DNA from: Octopus sinensis
Taxonomy: Eukaryota
NCBI RefSeq assembly: GCF_006345805.1
Contig: NW_021832409.1
Coordinates: 1 to 64,000, forward strand
DNA: 64,000 nt
Reading direction: 5' to 3'
The position numbers and the translations under genes are program-made. Below, piece by piece: positions 25,190 to 38,023 of the stretch. The notes below the pieces were generated by a model that saw nothing but the letters and a program-made list of their open reading frames with translations, was not told the DNA's origin and did not search any database. How positions within the stretch are numbered: position 1 is the stretch's first letter; each line of letters begins with the position of its first letter.

Positions 25190-26160
25190 CTACAAGCAGA
25201 CTAAGGTGACACTTGTTTACTGGTGATGCTTTAAGAATACAAGAAAAACTGAACTACGACGATTTGAAGTGAGAAATACGAAGGTTGGGGTGAATAAAGA
25301 TAGGAGACGTGATACTAATAGTAATTGGCGAACTTGGAAGTATCAGCACTCGCCTACCAACATGACTGAAAAGGTTTGGTGCAAGTGTGAAGGTAGAACC
25401 CCTAAAAAAAATCAGCATTGCTTGCAGTTCCAAGCAATGCTTATTTTTTTTAGGAGTTCTACCTTCACACTTGCACCAAACTTTTTCAGCCATGTTGGTA
25501 GGAGAGTGCTGATACTTCCAAGTTCGCCAATTACTATTAGTATCACGTCTCCTATCTTTATTCACCCCAACCTTCGTATTTCTCATTTCAAATCGTCGTA
25601 GTTGTTCAGTTTTTCTTTCTCTTTGATACTGTTGTTACCAGAGCATGCTATGTCGATTATCATACATGTTCTTTCTTTTTTATTCACCACAACGATGTTC
25701 GGTTTTCCGATGTCTGATCGGGTGAACACACTGGATCATTGCATCCCACAGGATTTCGCTATTTTCATTTTTGGTCACTCCTGGAGTTTGCTCATTCCAC
25801 GTCTTTGCTCTTTGTAGGCCGTGATTTCTACAGAGCTCCCAATGGAGAATTCTTGCCACATTGCCAAGTCGTCTTTTGTATTCGCGTTGTGCGGGTTTCG
25901 AGCATTCACTGACGATGTGCCTTACCGTTTCACCCCTCTCACCACACATTCTGCATTTCTTGCTGTCGGTAGTGTTGTCTGTTCTGCATTTCATATAGTT
26001 AGTCCCCAACACTTGTTCTTGTGCTGCACATATAAGTGCTTCTGCCTCTATTTTCAGGTCACTGCCCCTCGTTCATAGCCACCAAACAGTATCTGTCTTG
26101 GCGTTCGTATCTCTTGCAAACTAACCGTACGTTTTATTTTTCTCCTTCCACGCTTTTTCT
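25190..26160 (-). mobile_element. R4/Dong-like non-LTR retrotransposon 3' part (CCHC knuckle plus RLE) with internal fold-back
   Basis: ORF 25680-26012 has CRMCGERGETVRHIVSECSK..REYKRR..VARILHWELC..EILWD; 3' UTR resembles 43200-43250. Confidence 0.85.
25243..25617. repeat. ~180-bp-arm near-perfect inverted repeat
   Basis: ORFs 25254-25586(-) and 25269-25601(+) are nearly identical; centre cattgcttg-cagttc-caagcaatg. Confidence 0.95.
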
Positions 26161-26170
26161 TTTTTGCATT

Positions 26171-26203
<33 letters not shown>

Positions 26204-26269
26204 TTTAAATTTATTTATGGTAAACGTTTTGAATATTGAAATAAAACTTCTATTCTATTATGCCGTCTA

Positions 26270-26431
26270 CAGTTTAATAATCCACGTTTCCACGTTTCCT
26301 CACAGCACTTGTCTCTAATCGTCCATATAATCGGGATGTCTACAAATAGTTTGTATTATCTGTAGACATCCAATTTCATGGATTCATGAACGTGATCTAC
26401 TCGATGCCCACTAATATAACGGACTACACTG
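26270..26431. mobile_element. Possible pogo/Tigger-like MITE with internal hairpin
   Basis: TA-CAGT...ACTG-TA ends; internal IR tccatataatcgggatgtctacaaata / tatctgtagacatccaatttcatgga. Confidence 0.4.
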
Positions 26432-26551
26432 TAATCATCGCAGGAATACGGACAGTGATTTTAGGAATCATTTGATTTCCGGAAACGTGCGTAGCAATGC
26501 ATTAAAATATCCACACAGCCCGTCCAAGAACTGTTGTTATCATTACTATAC

Positions 26552-26582
<31 letters not shown>

Positions 26583-26629
26583 GTGTGTGTGTGTGTGGTG
26601 TGTGTGTGTGTGTGTGTGTGTATTTGTAT

Positions 26630-26717
26630 ATAGATAGATAAATAGACAGGCAGCCAAACAGGCAGACGGACGGACAGACAGACAGACAGACAGATAGATA
26701 GATAGATAGATAGATAG

Positions 26718-26765
<48 letters not shown>

Positions 26766-26786
26766 CAGGCAGACAGACAGACAGAC

Positions 26787-26883
<97 letters not shown>
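26630..26883. repeat. (GATA)n/(GACA)n tetranucleotide array
   Basis: Directly visible. Confidence 0.95.
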
Positions 26884-26885
<2 letters not shown>

Positions 26886-27209
26886 TGTATATACAGATTA
26901 TTTTATCAGTTTCTTTTAGAAAAGATTTGATTGGAAACTATATATTAAAGAGATATTCTATTTTGAGAGAATCGGAACTGGTAAGTCTGACTTTAGACTT
27001 TGATGTGCGTCTGCAAAATATAATGTTATGCGCATATACATGTTTGCACATGTATATTTCAATGCGAGTACATAAATATGGGAACTATATTCTAATGTAT
27101 GTATTTTTAGAATGTATATGTATATATATATACACGTGTGGTTTGTATGCCTGCCTGCGTATTTGAATATATCTGGATGCATGCCTGTGCGCATACGGCT
27201 GAATTTAAT

Positions 27210-27242
<33 letters not shown>

Positions 27243-28200
27243 GCACAGACATATATATGCTTTCTTTCTCTCTCACCCCTTTTCTGTCTCTCTGTCTTTC
27301 TCCACACACACATATATTTATGCATATATATAATACCATATATATATACATATATATATATATGTATATATGTACATATATGTGTGTATGTGTATATATA
27401 TATATGTGTGCGTGTGTGTGTGTGTACATATATGCGTGTGACAGAGAGAGACAAAGAGATAAATTGCTACATAGATGAAGGTGAACAATAATATACGTGT
27501 ATATATATGTATATATATATATGCGTGTGTGTGCGTGCGTGTATGCGTGTGTGAGTGTGTGTTTGTATGTGTATATACATTTACCCATGCACACCCATAC
27601 GGTCACACTCACACACACACATACCCATACATCGGTACATACATAAATATGGCGTACGTGTTTATGTCCAGTGATTCGAATAGTTAGCTGCATTATCCAA
27701 GTTACTCTACCAAACAAAGAATATTAACTGAAGGCATTATACGCTTAGAAATCATAGAAGCTCTACAGAAGATGACATAGAACGTTTTTCAAAAGAATGA
27801 TCCTACGGTAAAAATTTGGTGAATGCATCACTTCAAAAGCTAAGCCTCTTTCCCGTTGGAAGATCTTCATCTGTTCAGAAGGCACCTTTATATAATGGAC
27901 TAGTGGTTAATATATATAAATAGAAGAGAAAAATATGAAGAATTATATGAAGAAACTTACGAAGAAAAAACACTTAAAATATAACGGTTAATATGCAAGC
28001 GTTCTTTTTTGTATGTGCATGTATGACAGTGTGTCTGTATGTATGTATGTAGATAGGTAGGTAGGTAGGTAGGTAGGTAGGTAGGTAGGTACGAATGTAG
28101 GTATGCATGGATAGTTGTAAGTCTGGGAGGCAGTATAGATACATGTACACATTAATCACTCTTGCTTGTGAGTGTACATCTATCTAGCCTTCTCTCTCCC

Positions 28201-28240
<40 letters not shown>

Positions 28241-28336
28241 ATAATATATATATATATATATATATAGACATATTTATCTATAGTGGATGTATCTATCTAT
28301 CTATGTATCTATCCTATCTATCTATCTATCTATCCT

Positions 28337-28375
<39 letters not shown>

Positions 28376-28599
28376 GTATATAATTCATATATATATATGT
28401 GTGTGTGTGTATGAATATATGTATATAAATACGCAATTTATTCACAAATTTATATATATGTACACACACGCGCGCGCGCGCGCACACACACACACATATA
28501 TATCCAAAAGAACGAAGAACAAACAAAAAAAGAAACAACAACGCCAGGACGTGCTGCATGTAAAGTATTAGCAGACGCTCAGAGAAGGAAACAAATGTG

Positions 28600-28634
28600 G
28601 TTTTACGTTTCGAGCAAAGTACTTCTTCAGAAAC
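28600..28634 (-). ncRNA. Minimal PLE-type hammerhead motif
   Basis: Minus strand gttt-CTGAAGA-a-gtactttgctc-GAAA-cg-TA-aaac; core intact, palindromic ACGT stem III, weak stem II. Confidence 0.6.
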
Positions 28635-28863
28635 AGGAGGACAGAGGTAAATCCAATAGAAAAGGAAAACGGAGGGAAAAAATCGCCATGTATATATGTA
28701 TGTAAGTATGTACGTATGTATGTATGTATGTATGTATGTATGTATGTATATGGATGGATGGATGGATGGATGGATGGATGGATGGATGGATGGATGTACG
28801 TACGTATGTATGTATGTATTATATATATATATAGGTATATACATGTAGGAAACAAGTATAGAG

Positions 28864-29161
28864 TCTCCTATACGTAATACCTCAGACAACGATTCAATAA
28901 TATTAAAATCTTTGACACTTTGTCAGAGGACTTTACTGTTAGGAGATCCCAAACAAGTTTTCTACGTGTATTTACGTATCTCTGAACTGATATTTATAAT
29001 AATGTTATGATTAATATTGATATCAATAGTCAAACACATTTTGTATTACTTTTACTGTAATGAAACACGTTTAACATAGAATAAAATTATGACAAATTTT
29101 CCAGTCTTATTTTAACATACAATTTATCTACAAATATGACTCACATGAACATTCAACTAGT
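28864..29161 (+). mobile_element. Degraded Helitron-like element
   Basis: 5' TCTCCTATACGTAATA and 3' ..cattcaaCTAG|T termini. Confidence 0.35.
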
Positions 29162-29261
29162 ATTTGTGTTTCATTTAGGACAAAATATCTATATACATAC
29201 GTTTGATTACAGGAATATGGTTCAAGTGGACGAAGCTTAGATTATAACCATTTCTGTACTC

Positions 29262-30167
29262 TGCAGAGGTATTCAAAAGAAACTGGAATTTTGCAATATC
29301 ATTTTATTCGCTTAGTTTTACATGTTTGCACTTTTATCGCCTTCAAATTATTCTTCACTTGAAGCAATGCATCGTTCAGGCACATTTTTGCCCTGATCAA
29401 AGTAATCCTGGAACTCTAGGGAATGATGCCTTTTAACGCCGCCATAGTTTTTCTTCTTCAACTCTTCCACATCTGTAAATTCTGTAGCACCAGCTTTCGT
29501 TACCAGCGATGACCTTAGAAAAAAAGGTCCGGATCAATTTCCAGCTCTTCATTCAGTTCACGACACGCATTCACTCGTAACTGCTTAGAACTCCCGTGAG
29601 CAAGCGAGGCACAAATTTTACTGCAATTCTTTTCAATCGCAATTTCTCGCTCAAAATTTGTTTTCAGGAACTCCAGGACACGCCAGTTCTATCAACAAGT
29701 TCGTCAATTCTTTGGCTACGGTCCTTCTGGATCAGTTCGCGAATTTTCATCATGTTTTCAATCGTTTGGGAGGTCGACTGTCGTCCTGACCAAGATTGGT
29801 CTTCAAGCGACAGGTGACTATTTCCAAAGCGTGGAAACCACCCGTAAGCTCGTGTTCTGCTCATGGCAGCGTCCTTGTAAGCTGTTCCAAGCAAGAAAAC
29901 TCTTTCGAATGCCGTTTTCCTCAGCAGAAAACAGAATTTCACAGAAGCAAGCTGTTCCTTCGTTTCAGCCATCGCAAAAAGCGACAAACAAAGGAGAAGC
30001 ACTGACAGACAATGATGCACCACGTGGCAGTCCGATGGTACCGGAAGGCGTCGGTCGGGAGATTGATGACCTCGGGTCACATAAGGTGGCCACTAGCGGC
30101 GGAAGCCTGAACTACATCGGGCTTGTACCATAGGGAACGTTTCCAGTTACTTTTGGCTACCCATTCG
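29262..30167 (-). mobile_element. Mariner element, internally deleted
   Basis: ORF 29664-30080 has EQLASVKFCFLLRKTA..AYKDAAMSRTRAYGWFPRF..SLEDQSWSGRQST (mariner HTH); TIR-like ends ggtattcaaaagaaactggaa / ttccagttacttttggctacc. Confidence 0.8.
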
Positions 30168-30342
30168 TAGATCGCTAGCCACTACACATTTTTTATTTTC
30201 TCTCCTTGTTTCTTCCTGTGTTCCTTTCGGTGGAAGAGCGTAAGCTCGAAATGTTAAAGACTTTTTCTCTTCCTGAGCATTATACTAATACATCTGTTTG
30301 TTGTCTACACCACCTGTCTTCAACTTTTTTTTGTGAATTCTC

Positions 30343-30345
<3 letters not shown>
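30168..30345 (+). mobile_element. Short PLE pseudo-LTR-like repeat with variant hammerhead
   Basis: Homologous to 34445-34624(-); cttt-CGGTGGA-a-gagc-gtaa-gctc-GAAA-tg-TT-aaag; ends at (TA)n. Confidence 0.55.
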
Positions 30346-30381
<36 letters not shown>

Positions 30382-31368
30382 ATGTCAGTACGAAGCAGTG
30401 TTTAAGCCTAAGCAAACCTTACGTTTATGACATATTTCAACAGCTAAAACAGCTAAAATGCAAATTCACTTCAGTTAACGTGGAAAAAAATTCTATCTTG
30501 GTAAAATAGTGTAAAAACATATTCGCGACCCCTCAGATTCCCAGATATCGATGTTTCTAGCTTTTTAGCTATTATCAATGGGAAATACTGAATCTAGGCA
30601 ACTCTGGTCTGACCTTATCAAAGCATGGCTTTGATTATAGTACAGCGAAAAACGTTGAATGATTTCGCGCCAGTAGACCACTGCGGTCGTGGAAAATACC
30701 ATAATATCGGCGCCAAGCAATGTTTAGTCGGAAACGAAGTTTAGATCAGTTAAAAACATGTTTGTGACATATTTCAACTGCTAAAAGACAAATTCACTGC
30801 AGTTATCGCGAAGAAAATTACTCTATTATGGTAAAAAGGTGTAAAAACATCATATCTGCCAGACATCGATGTCTAAAGAGAGATAGTTTTTTGGTTGTTA
30901 TCAATCTGAAATACCCAAGAGAGACAATATTTTTTACCATGCGAAAGACATTTTCCACATGGTAAAGGTATACACACACACATTTATATGTATGCATGTA
31001 TGTATGTATGTATGTATTATGTATGTATGTATGATGTATGTATGTAAGTAAGTATGTATGTCTGTATGTATGTATATATGTATGTATATACGTATGTATC
31101 TATGTGCGTATGTATGTTTCCTTTATTCTTTTATATATATATATTATATATATATATATATTCATTTGGTTTGCAAGATTCTTAATATGAATTTGATTGT
31201 TGAAACAAATTTTGTTGTCACTTGGGAGGATCATTACGCTTATGATAATAATGATAACACACACATTGGTTTAACATCACTTCTTGCTGGTTAGTCAATT
31301 GGTTAAACATCTAAGCAACCATCGAATCAACCGTTTGTTCGGATTAAACAATCTATCGGTTGTTTAAG

Positions 31369-31410
31369 GCTGACCTTAAAGAGAGGTAGACGAAACAATC
31401 GTCCGGTAGC
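31369..31410 (+). ncRNA. Degenerate hammerhead motif
   Basis: gctgacc-TTAAAGA-g..c-GAAA-caatcg-TC-cggtagc; stem I complementarity kept, core mutated. Confidence 0.35.
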
Positions 31411-32045
31411 GACTAGTGAGAACACCAGAGGCATTTTGATTTAAATACGTCCATAAAATATTTTATCTCCCACTCCACGTTACACATAATATATGACAAC
31501 GGGAGTTGAAAAACCGGCCATGGAATGGCTAGCGCTAGAAGTTCTTCGAAAGATATTATATTCCAAGACCGGAAGATAAAATGCAAAATTATATCCGAGA
31601 TGATTCGAACCTAGCATGTAACGGCCCTTACAAACCCACTGTGAATATTATCCTCAACATTATCATCATTATTAAGATGGAATCACTCTCTTTTAAATCC
31701 ATCTCAATATAAAAGACAAGACATGCTTCCTTGTTGACAAGATAATGTTTAAAAGCCTCTACTGAGAATGAGCTAGAAAAAAATTGTATTTATATCTTTA
31801 TCCTCTTATTTTACAATCAACTGATCTTAACCACCATTACTGACGTCAGCAACAGAGCAAGGAGATAGAATTATTGCATACGTGCATATACGTATAAATG
31901 TATATACGTATACAGGAATGTTTGTTTGTATGTAATCATGTCTTGGTATAGACAAGTGTGACTCTATGCACAACTGTATATATGTAAATAGATGATATAG
32001 ATATATATATAATGCATATATGCATATATACATATATAGTATATA

Positions 32046-32087
<42 letters not shown>

Positions 32088-32372
32088 ATATATATATAGA
32101 TATATATATTATATTTATATTATATATATACATATATATATAATGTAATATATATATATATATCTATATAATATGTTATATATGTATATATATATATATA
32201 TATATATAGATATATATATATATATTATATATATGCATATGTGTATATATATTTCTAGGTATATACATATATACCTACATATATACGTAACAGAACGTTT
32301 ATATATATAAATACATACACACACACATATATATATATGTATATAGGCATATATATATATATATATATATAC

Positions 32373-32418
<46 letters not shown>

Positions 32419-32451
32419 CATGCACATATATAAAATACACATGCATATATA

Positions 32452-33716
32452 TTAGGTTATCCCATCAGTTCTGTCCGATCTCACCTTCTTCAAAATTGAA
32501 TGAAATTTAATAGTATTTTAGAATGTCTAATGGAATTAAAAATTATTTTTATGCATTTGTGTACATTTAGACTAATTAAATATCATTTTACTGAATAATA
32601 GAATTAAACTTTCTTCGATTAAAACCCTTTCTGACATGGAAGTATCCAAAGAGCATTTAAGGCGCATAATGGTTTATGAGTACAAAAAAGGAAACTCTGC
32701 AGCCGAAGCGACTCGATATATACACACAGTTTATGGAAAAGAATGCTTGAATGAAGGAACTTCCAGAAGATTGTTTGCAAAATTCAGAAGTGGAGATTTC
32801 AGCCTTGAAGATGAAGATCGAACAGAACGTCCAGTTGAATATGATGATAAGCTCCTTGATGCATTACTTGAAGAAAATCCTGCAATATCAGTTGAAGAAT
32901 TGCAATAAAGCTTAGTTCAAACTATACAACTGTTCATCGTCATCTTCAACAACTTCGAAAGGTTCCTAAACTTGGGTAATAGGTGTCCCATGAATTGTCC
33001 GAAAGCAACCGCAAATTCCGAGTTGCCATCTGCTCTTCCCTCTATTCTCGCGAACTCATTTCACCCTTTTTGAATAGACTTGTGACTGGTGACGAAAAAT
33101 GGATCTTCTATCGAAATGTTAAACGTCGTATACAGTGGCTTGGTAAAAGGGAAAAAGCTCAACCACAACCGAGAAGGGAACTTTATGGAAAAAAAATGTT
33201 CTTCTCTCCATCTGGTGGGATTGCAAAGGTGTAATTCACATTGAATTGTTACCACCCAATACAACAATCAAGCCTGCTGTTAGAAATTAGAGCGTTTGAA
33301 CCAATCTTTGAAGAAAAAAAGACCCGTTTTAGTGAATAGAAATGGAGTGATGTATCATCAGGACAATGCGTGACCCACACTGCAAAGATCACATCACAGA
33401 GCTTGGTTGGGAAAAAAATTCCTCATCCACCTAATTCTCCCGACTCTATTCCTTCACACTATCATTTGTTTCGTAGTTTACAGAGTCATTTATAGGAAAA
33501 TAACTTTCGCAAGCCAGGAGGAGGTCGAAACTGACATTTCAGAGTTCTTCGCTTTGAAATCCAAAGAGTTTTACATTGATGGGATTAAAAAGCTTGTAAA
33601 TAGATGGATGGAAGTCACATATAATCAGGAAAGTACATTAAATTTCAATTAAATATAATATTTGATCACTTATTTACTGTATTCAAAATTCGGACAGAAC
33701 TTATGAGATGACCTGA
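32452..33716 (+). mobile_element. Full-length mariner (DD34D) transposon, transposase pseudogene ~32636-33652
   Basis: TIRs ttaggttatcccatcagttctgtccga / tcggacagaacttatgagatgacctga with TA TSD; motifs FAKFRSGDFSLED, *VSHEL (WVPHEL), VTGDEKW, HQDNA, HPPNSPD; stops and frameshifts. Confidence 0.95.
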
Positions 33717-33728
33717 TACACACACACA

Positions 33729-33801
<73 letters not shown>

Positions 33802-34068
33802 GCATACAAACACAAACAGGTAAATCTGACACGTGTACCTATATGCATATATATATCTATATATGTGTGTGTGCATATTTATATATGTATATATATTTAT
33901 ATATATATATATATGTATATATGTATATATCAAACTCACGTGTAAATCGCCTTGTTCTTTGCATCTGTTTCATTTGCCGACAAAAAAAGCGCTTGCGCGA
34001 TGGATTTGATAGGTTATAATGTATAAGCACGAGGCACATGCCGGATTTGCCTTGTACTTATATGTTTA

Positions 34069-34155
34069 ATCTAGCCGTACCTGTTGATGAAGACTTCGCC
34101 TAGCAAATTATTTTATTTGCTAAAAAAATCTGAAACTATGGTCCAGGAGATAGAT
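34069..34155 (+). ncRNA. Type I hammerhead motif with U3 variant and long stem II
   Basis: cctg-TTGATGA-aga..tagcaaat-tatttt-atttgcta..tct-GAAA-ctatg-GTC-cagg; distal atcta/tagat pairing. Confidence 0.6.
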
Positions 34156-34444
34156 GGTAAATGTTTTTATTTTTCATTACCTTCGAGTTTTTATCCCTAA
34201 TAGTGGTTTGTACTTTAGCTGTTGCTTCTAAGGTGAAAGGAATCCTATGACGGATACCTATTATGTGTTTAAATGTACACTGTATTCATATGAATAATAT
34301 ATAGTCTATTAACTAATTTTTCAACACGCTAGGCCACAGGTAAAAAAATTTCAAAAATCTTTATTACCCTGATATTATTAACTATACACACACTCACACA
34401 CACATATATATATATAGTTATTTATTTATTTATTTATTTATTTA

Positions 34445-34653
34445 GGGAGAATTCACAAAAAAAAGACCAAGACAGGTGGTGTAGACAACAAACAGATGTA
34501 TTAGTATAACGCCCAGGCAGTGTAAAAGTATTTAACGTTTCGAGCCTACGCTCTTCCACAGAAAGGAACACAGAAGGAAACAAGGAGAGAAAATAAAGAA
34601 TGTGTAGTGGCTAGCGATCTATCATGGTGATAGATCGCTAGCCACTACACATT
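34445..34653 (-). mobile_element. Short PLE pseudo-LTR-like repeat with variant hammerhead and terminal inversion
   Basis: Minus strand cttt-CTGTGGA-a-gagc-gtag-gctc-GAAA-cg-TT-aaat at 34531-34565; perfect 26-bp-arm palindrome 34599-34653. Confidence 0.6.
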
Positions 34654-35381
34654 ATTTAGCTTAGATATTCTCTTTTTCACTGATCTCTAGCTGTGAATAT
34701 ATGCATGTATGTATGTATCTATGTATGATACGTATTTATCATGAGAAAGAGAGGACCAGGTGCATAGACAAGCAGCAAGATAATAAGAGACAGAGAAATT
34801 TGCACTGGTAGAAATAGCAGGACCAAAATTAAGAACGTATGAAAGCCTGCAATTCTTTCCCTGTTACGGGAAAAATTAGAACGTTTCATTAAGGAACATT
34901 TTTTCCGTTATGTAGATCAATAGAAGTCTGTATCCATGAATGAAAATAGTAATGCCATTGCTCGCTTAGATTTATACCACAACCATGTGTTACTGGAACC
35001 TGTATAAATATCGTCATTCGTCTCGTTTTTATATCTACTCATTGCTACCTGCTACCAATTGTCTTAAAGTCTAAACATTAAGACACTGAAAATCTACACG
35101 CAATACGAAAAACAGAAAAAGATCCAAAAGCATTCCTTATGATACACCAAATATTGCCAAAGAGATTTTTATGTAAGCATAAACCTTTGTATATATGAAT
35201 ATAGATACACATTGCTGTAAGTATGACTCTGTGGTCAGAAAACATGCTTAGCAATCATGTTGTTGCGAGTCCAGGTCCACTGCTTGGCACATTGTGCAAG
35301 TGTATTTCACTTTAGCCCAGGGTCGACCACTAACTTGTGAAAGACGGGCTGTGGGTAGAAGCCTGCGGCGTAAGTTTCATG

Positions 35382-35450
<69 letters not shown>

Positions 35451-35562
35451 ATATGATTGATTGATTGATTCTAGTTTCACAGCTCATGAGCTGTGGCCAT
35501 GCTGGGGCACCGCCATTTAAATATATATATATATATATATATATAATATAATATATATATAT

Positions 35563-35626
<64 letters not shown>

Positions 35627-35637
35627 CACATACATAT

Positions 35638-35671
<34 letters not shown>

Positions 35672-35757
35672 AATTTATATAATAAGGATAAGATCATTAT
35701 TTAAATACCGATCATATCAGGTGTCCAGAATGGGAATAAAACCTTCAAAGGTAATAA

Positions 35758-35968
35758 TTATTACTAAATTATAATTTAAGGTATCTAAGAGATACCACCA
35801 CGCTGGAAATAGCAGTCAAATCTTGACTCTAAATCCACATTAAATGTTCATGCTAGTTTATTTTGTCTCTTTCTCTTCTCTCATGGTGCTGTATGAACAT
35901 TTAATGTGGTTTTAGAGTCAAGTTTTGGGTGCTATTTCCTTAGATACTTTAAATTATAATTTTAATAA
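35758..35968. repeat. Long imperfect inverted repeat (fold-back)
   Basis: aaattataatttaaggtatctaag..ggaaatagca..cttgactctaaatccacattaaatgttcat pairs with atgaacatttaatgtggttttagagtcaag..tgctatttccttagatactttaaattataattt. Confidence 0.85.
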
Positions 35969-36025
35969 TATATATGTATAAATATATTATATGATGTTAT
36001 GTTCTAATATATTACAATATATTGT

Positions 36026-36075
<50 letters not shown>

Positions 36076-36085
36076 TTATGTGAAT

Positions 36086-36116
<31 letters not shown>

Positions 36117-36547
36117 GGCCTGTGTGTATTGGAAGGCGCGTATTAGTGTATGGAAATTTTTAAATGTTTATTGCAAACAGAAATGAAATACATACAAAAA
36201 TCTCCGTAACCTTTTCATTCAATCAGATTAAATGTGTTATTTTGTTAATCTCATGCTCTGCGTATATTTATTTTCCTTTTAACAAATATATTTATATGTT
36301 TCATTGACAAATTTATAAATTATTAAATACGATTTGTGACAGAAATAAGTTCAGTATCGTAGCCCAACACATCGTGAGAATGTGTGAAAATATATGTGAG
36401 TGTGTGTGTGTGTGTGTGGTGTGTGTGTGTGTGAATTTGTGTGTGTGCATTGTGTTTGTGTGTGTATCTTTGTGGGCGAATGTATGTATGTGTATGTATC
36501 TAACTATATGGTGTAAATATATCTATCTGTATTTACGTATATATATA

Positions 36548-36578
<31 letters not shown>

Positions 36579-37040
36579 ATATGTACCTAAAAATACATAC
36601 AAATAGTTATATATATATATATTATGTACATATATATACATGTATATATATGTATATATATATACATATATATTTATATATATACATATATATACATATA
36701 TATATACATACATATTTATATATATTAAAATATACATATATATATATATAATGAGAAATTCATACAAAAGCGTTCCAGCATGGCCGCAGTCTAATGAATT
36801 AAACAGTTAAAAGATAAATGAATAAAATAGTGATTCTATCAATAAAAATCTGTACATGTATATATATGTACAGATGTATATGTGTATATATATATAATAA
36901 TATATATATATACATTATATATATATATATACATATATATATTATATAATATATAGATATATGTATATATATTATATATATATATATACATATATGTGTA
37001 TATATATATGTATATATATATATATTATATGATATATATG

Positions 37041-37073
<33 letters not shown>

Positions 37074-37990
37074 GAATATGCATATACATATAAAGATAAT
37101 TAGAGGCATCCCCATTTCATGGAAATATATAAATAACTGTGCTTGTGTCTGTATGTGTATACACACATAAACACATACAAACAGACACACACATATATAT
37201 ATAAACATACACCTATACACGCACAGCCTCACGGCGACACATGTGTATATGTTTATATATATATAGATATATATATGCATATATGTATCTATATACATGT
37301 ATATATATATAAATATGTACATATGTATATGTGTATAAATATGTATATGTCTTATGGCGGATTTAGAGCAATGCATAAGCTGCAATCCTCCCTCATTCAT
37401 TCGGCGCTTTTACTCAGTTGTATCTCTGTGAATTTTATGAATTACTAAGTGACGCCAGAAGCCATATGACAGGTTATTGTCATGGAGGGCCAAAAGGCAT
37501 GTAATTCTGAAATGACATAACTTAAAGTAAGAGAAGGTTCGTGATATAAAAAAGGGGCAAAAAATATATATTTAAACTCCTAAGCTGACAATCAACAAAG
37601 ACTATCCTTTTAACAGCTTCCCAATGCTAGTTCTAATACATACATATATGTATATATATAATGTATATATATATATATATATATAATATATATATATAAA
37701 TATGTATATAAATAATATGTATACATATACATATATATATATATACTATATATATGTGTGTGTGTCTATGTACATATATATGTGTGTATATATATATATT
37801 TTATACTATATTGTATATATATATATCTATATATTATATTATATAATATATATATATAATATAATATATATATATATTATATATTATATATATAAATATA
37901 CATAAATACATACATACATACGTACATATACTATATTCAGAACGGGAACGGAGCATGGCTAAATATAAGTATGTTTTTCTACATAAATGC

Positions 37991-38023
<33 letters not shown>

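Noticed and set aside
25254-25601. Two antiparallel near-identical 110-aa ORFs suggesting a bidirectional gene
   Set aside because: A by-product of the DNA palindrome, read off-frame from an RLE retrotransposon.
32636-33652. SETMAR-like domesticated host gene
   Set aside because: Has TIRs, a TA TSD, stops and frameshifts, and no SET domain; it is a dead mariner.
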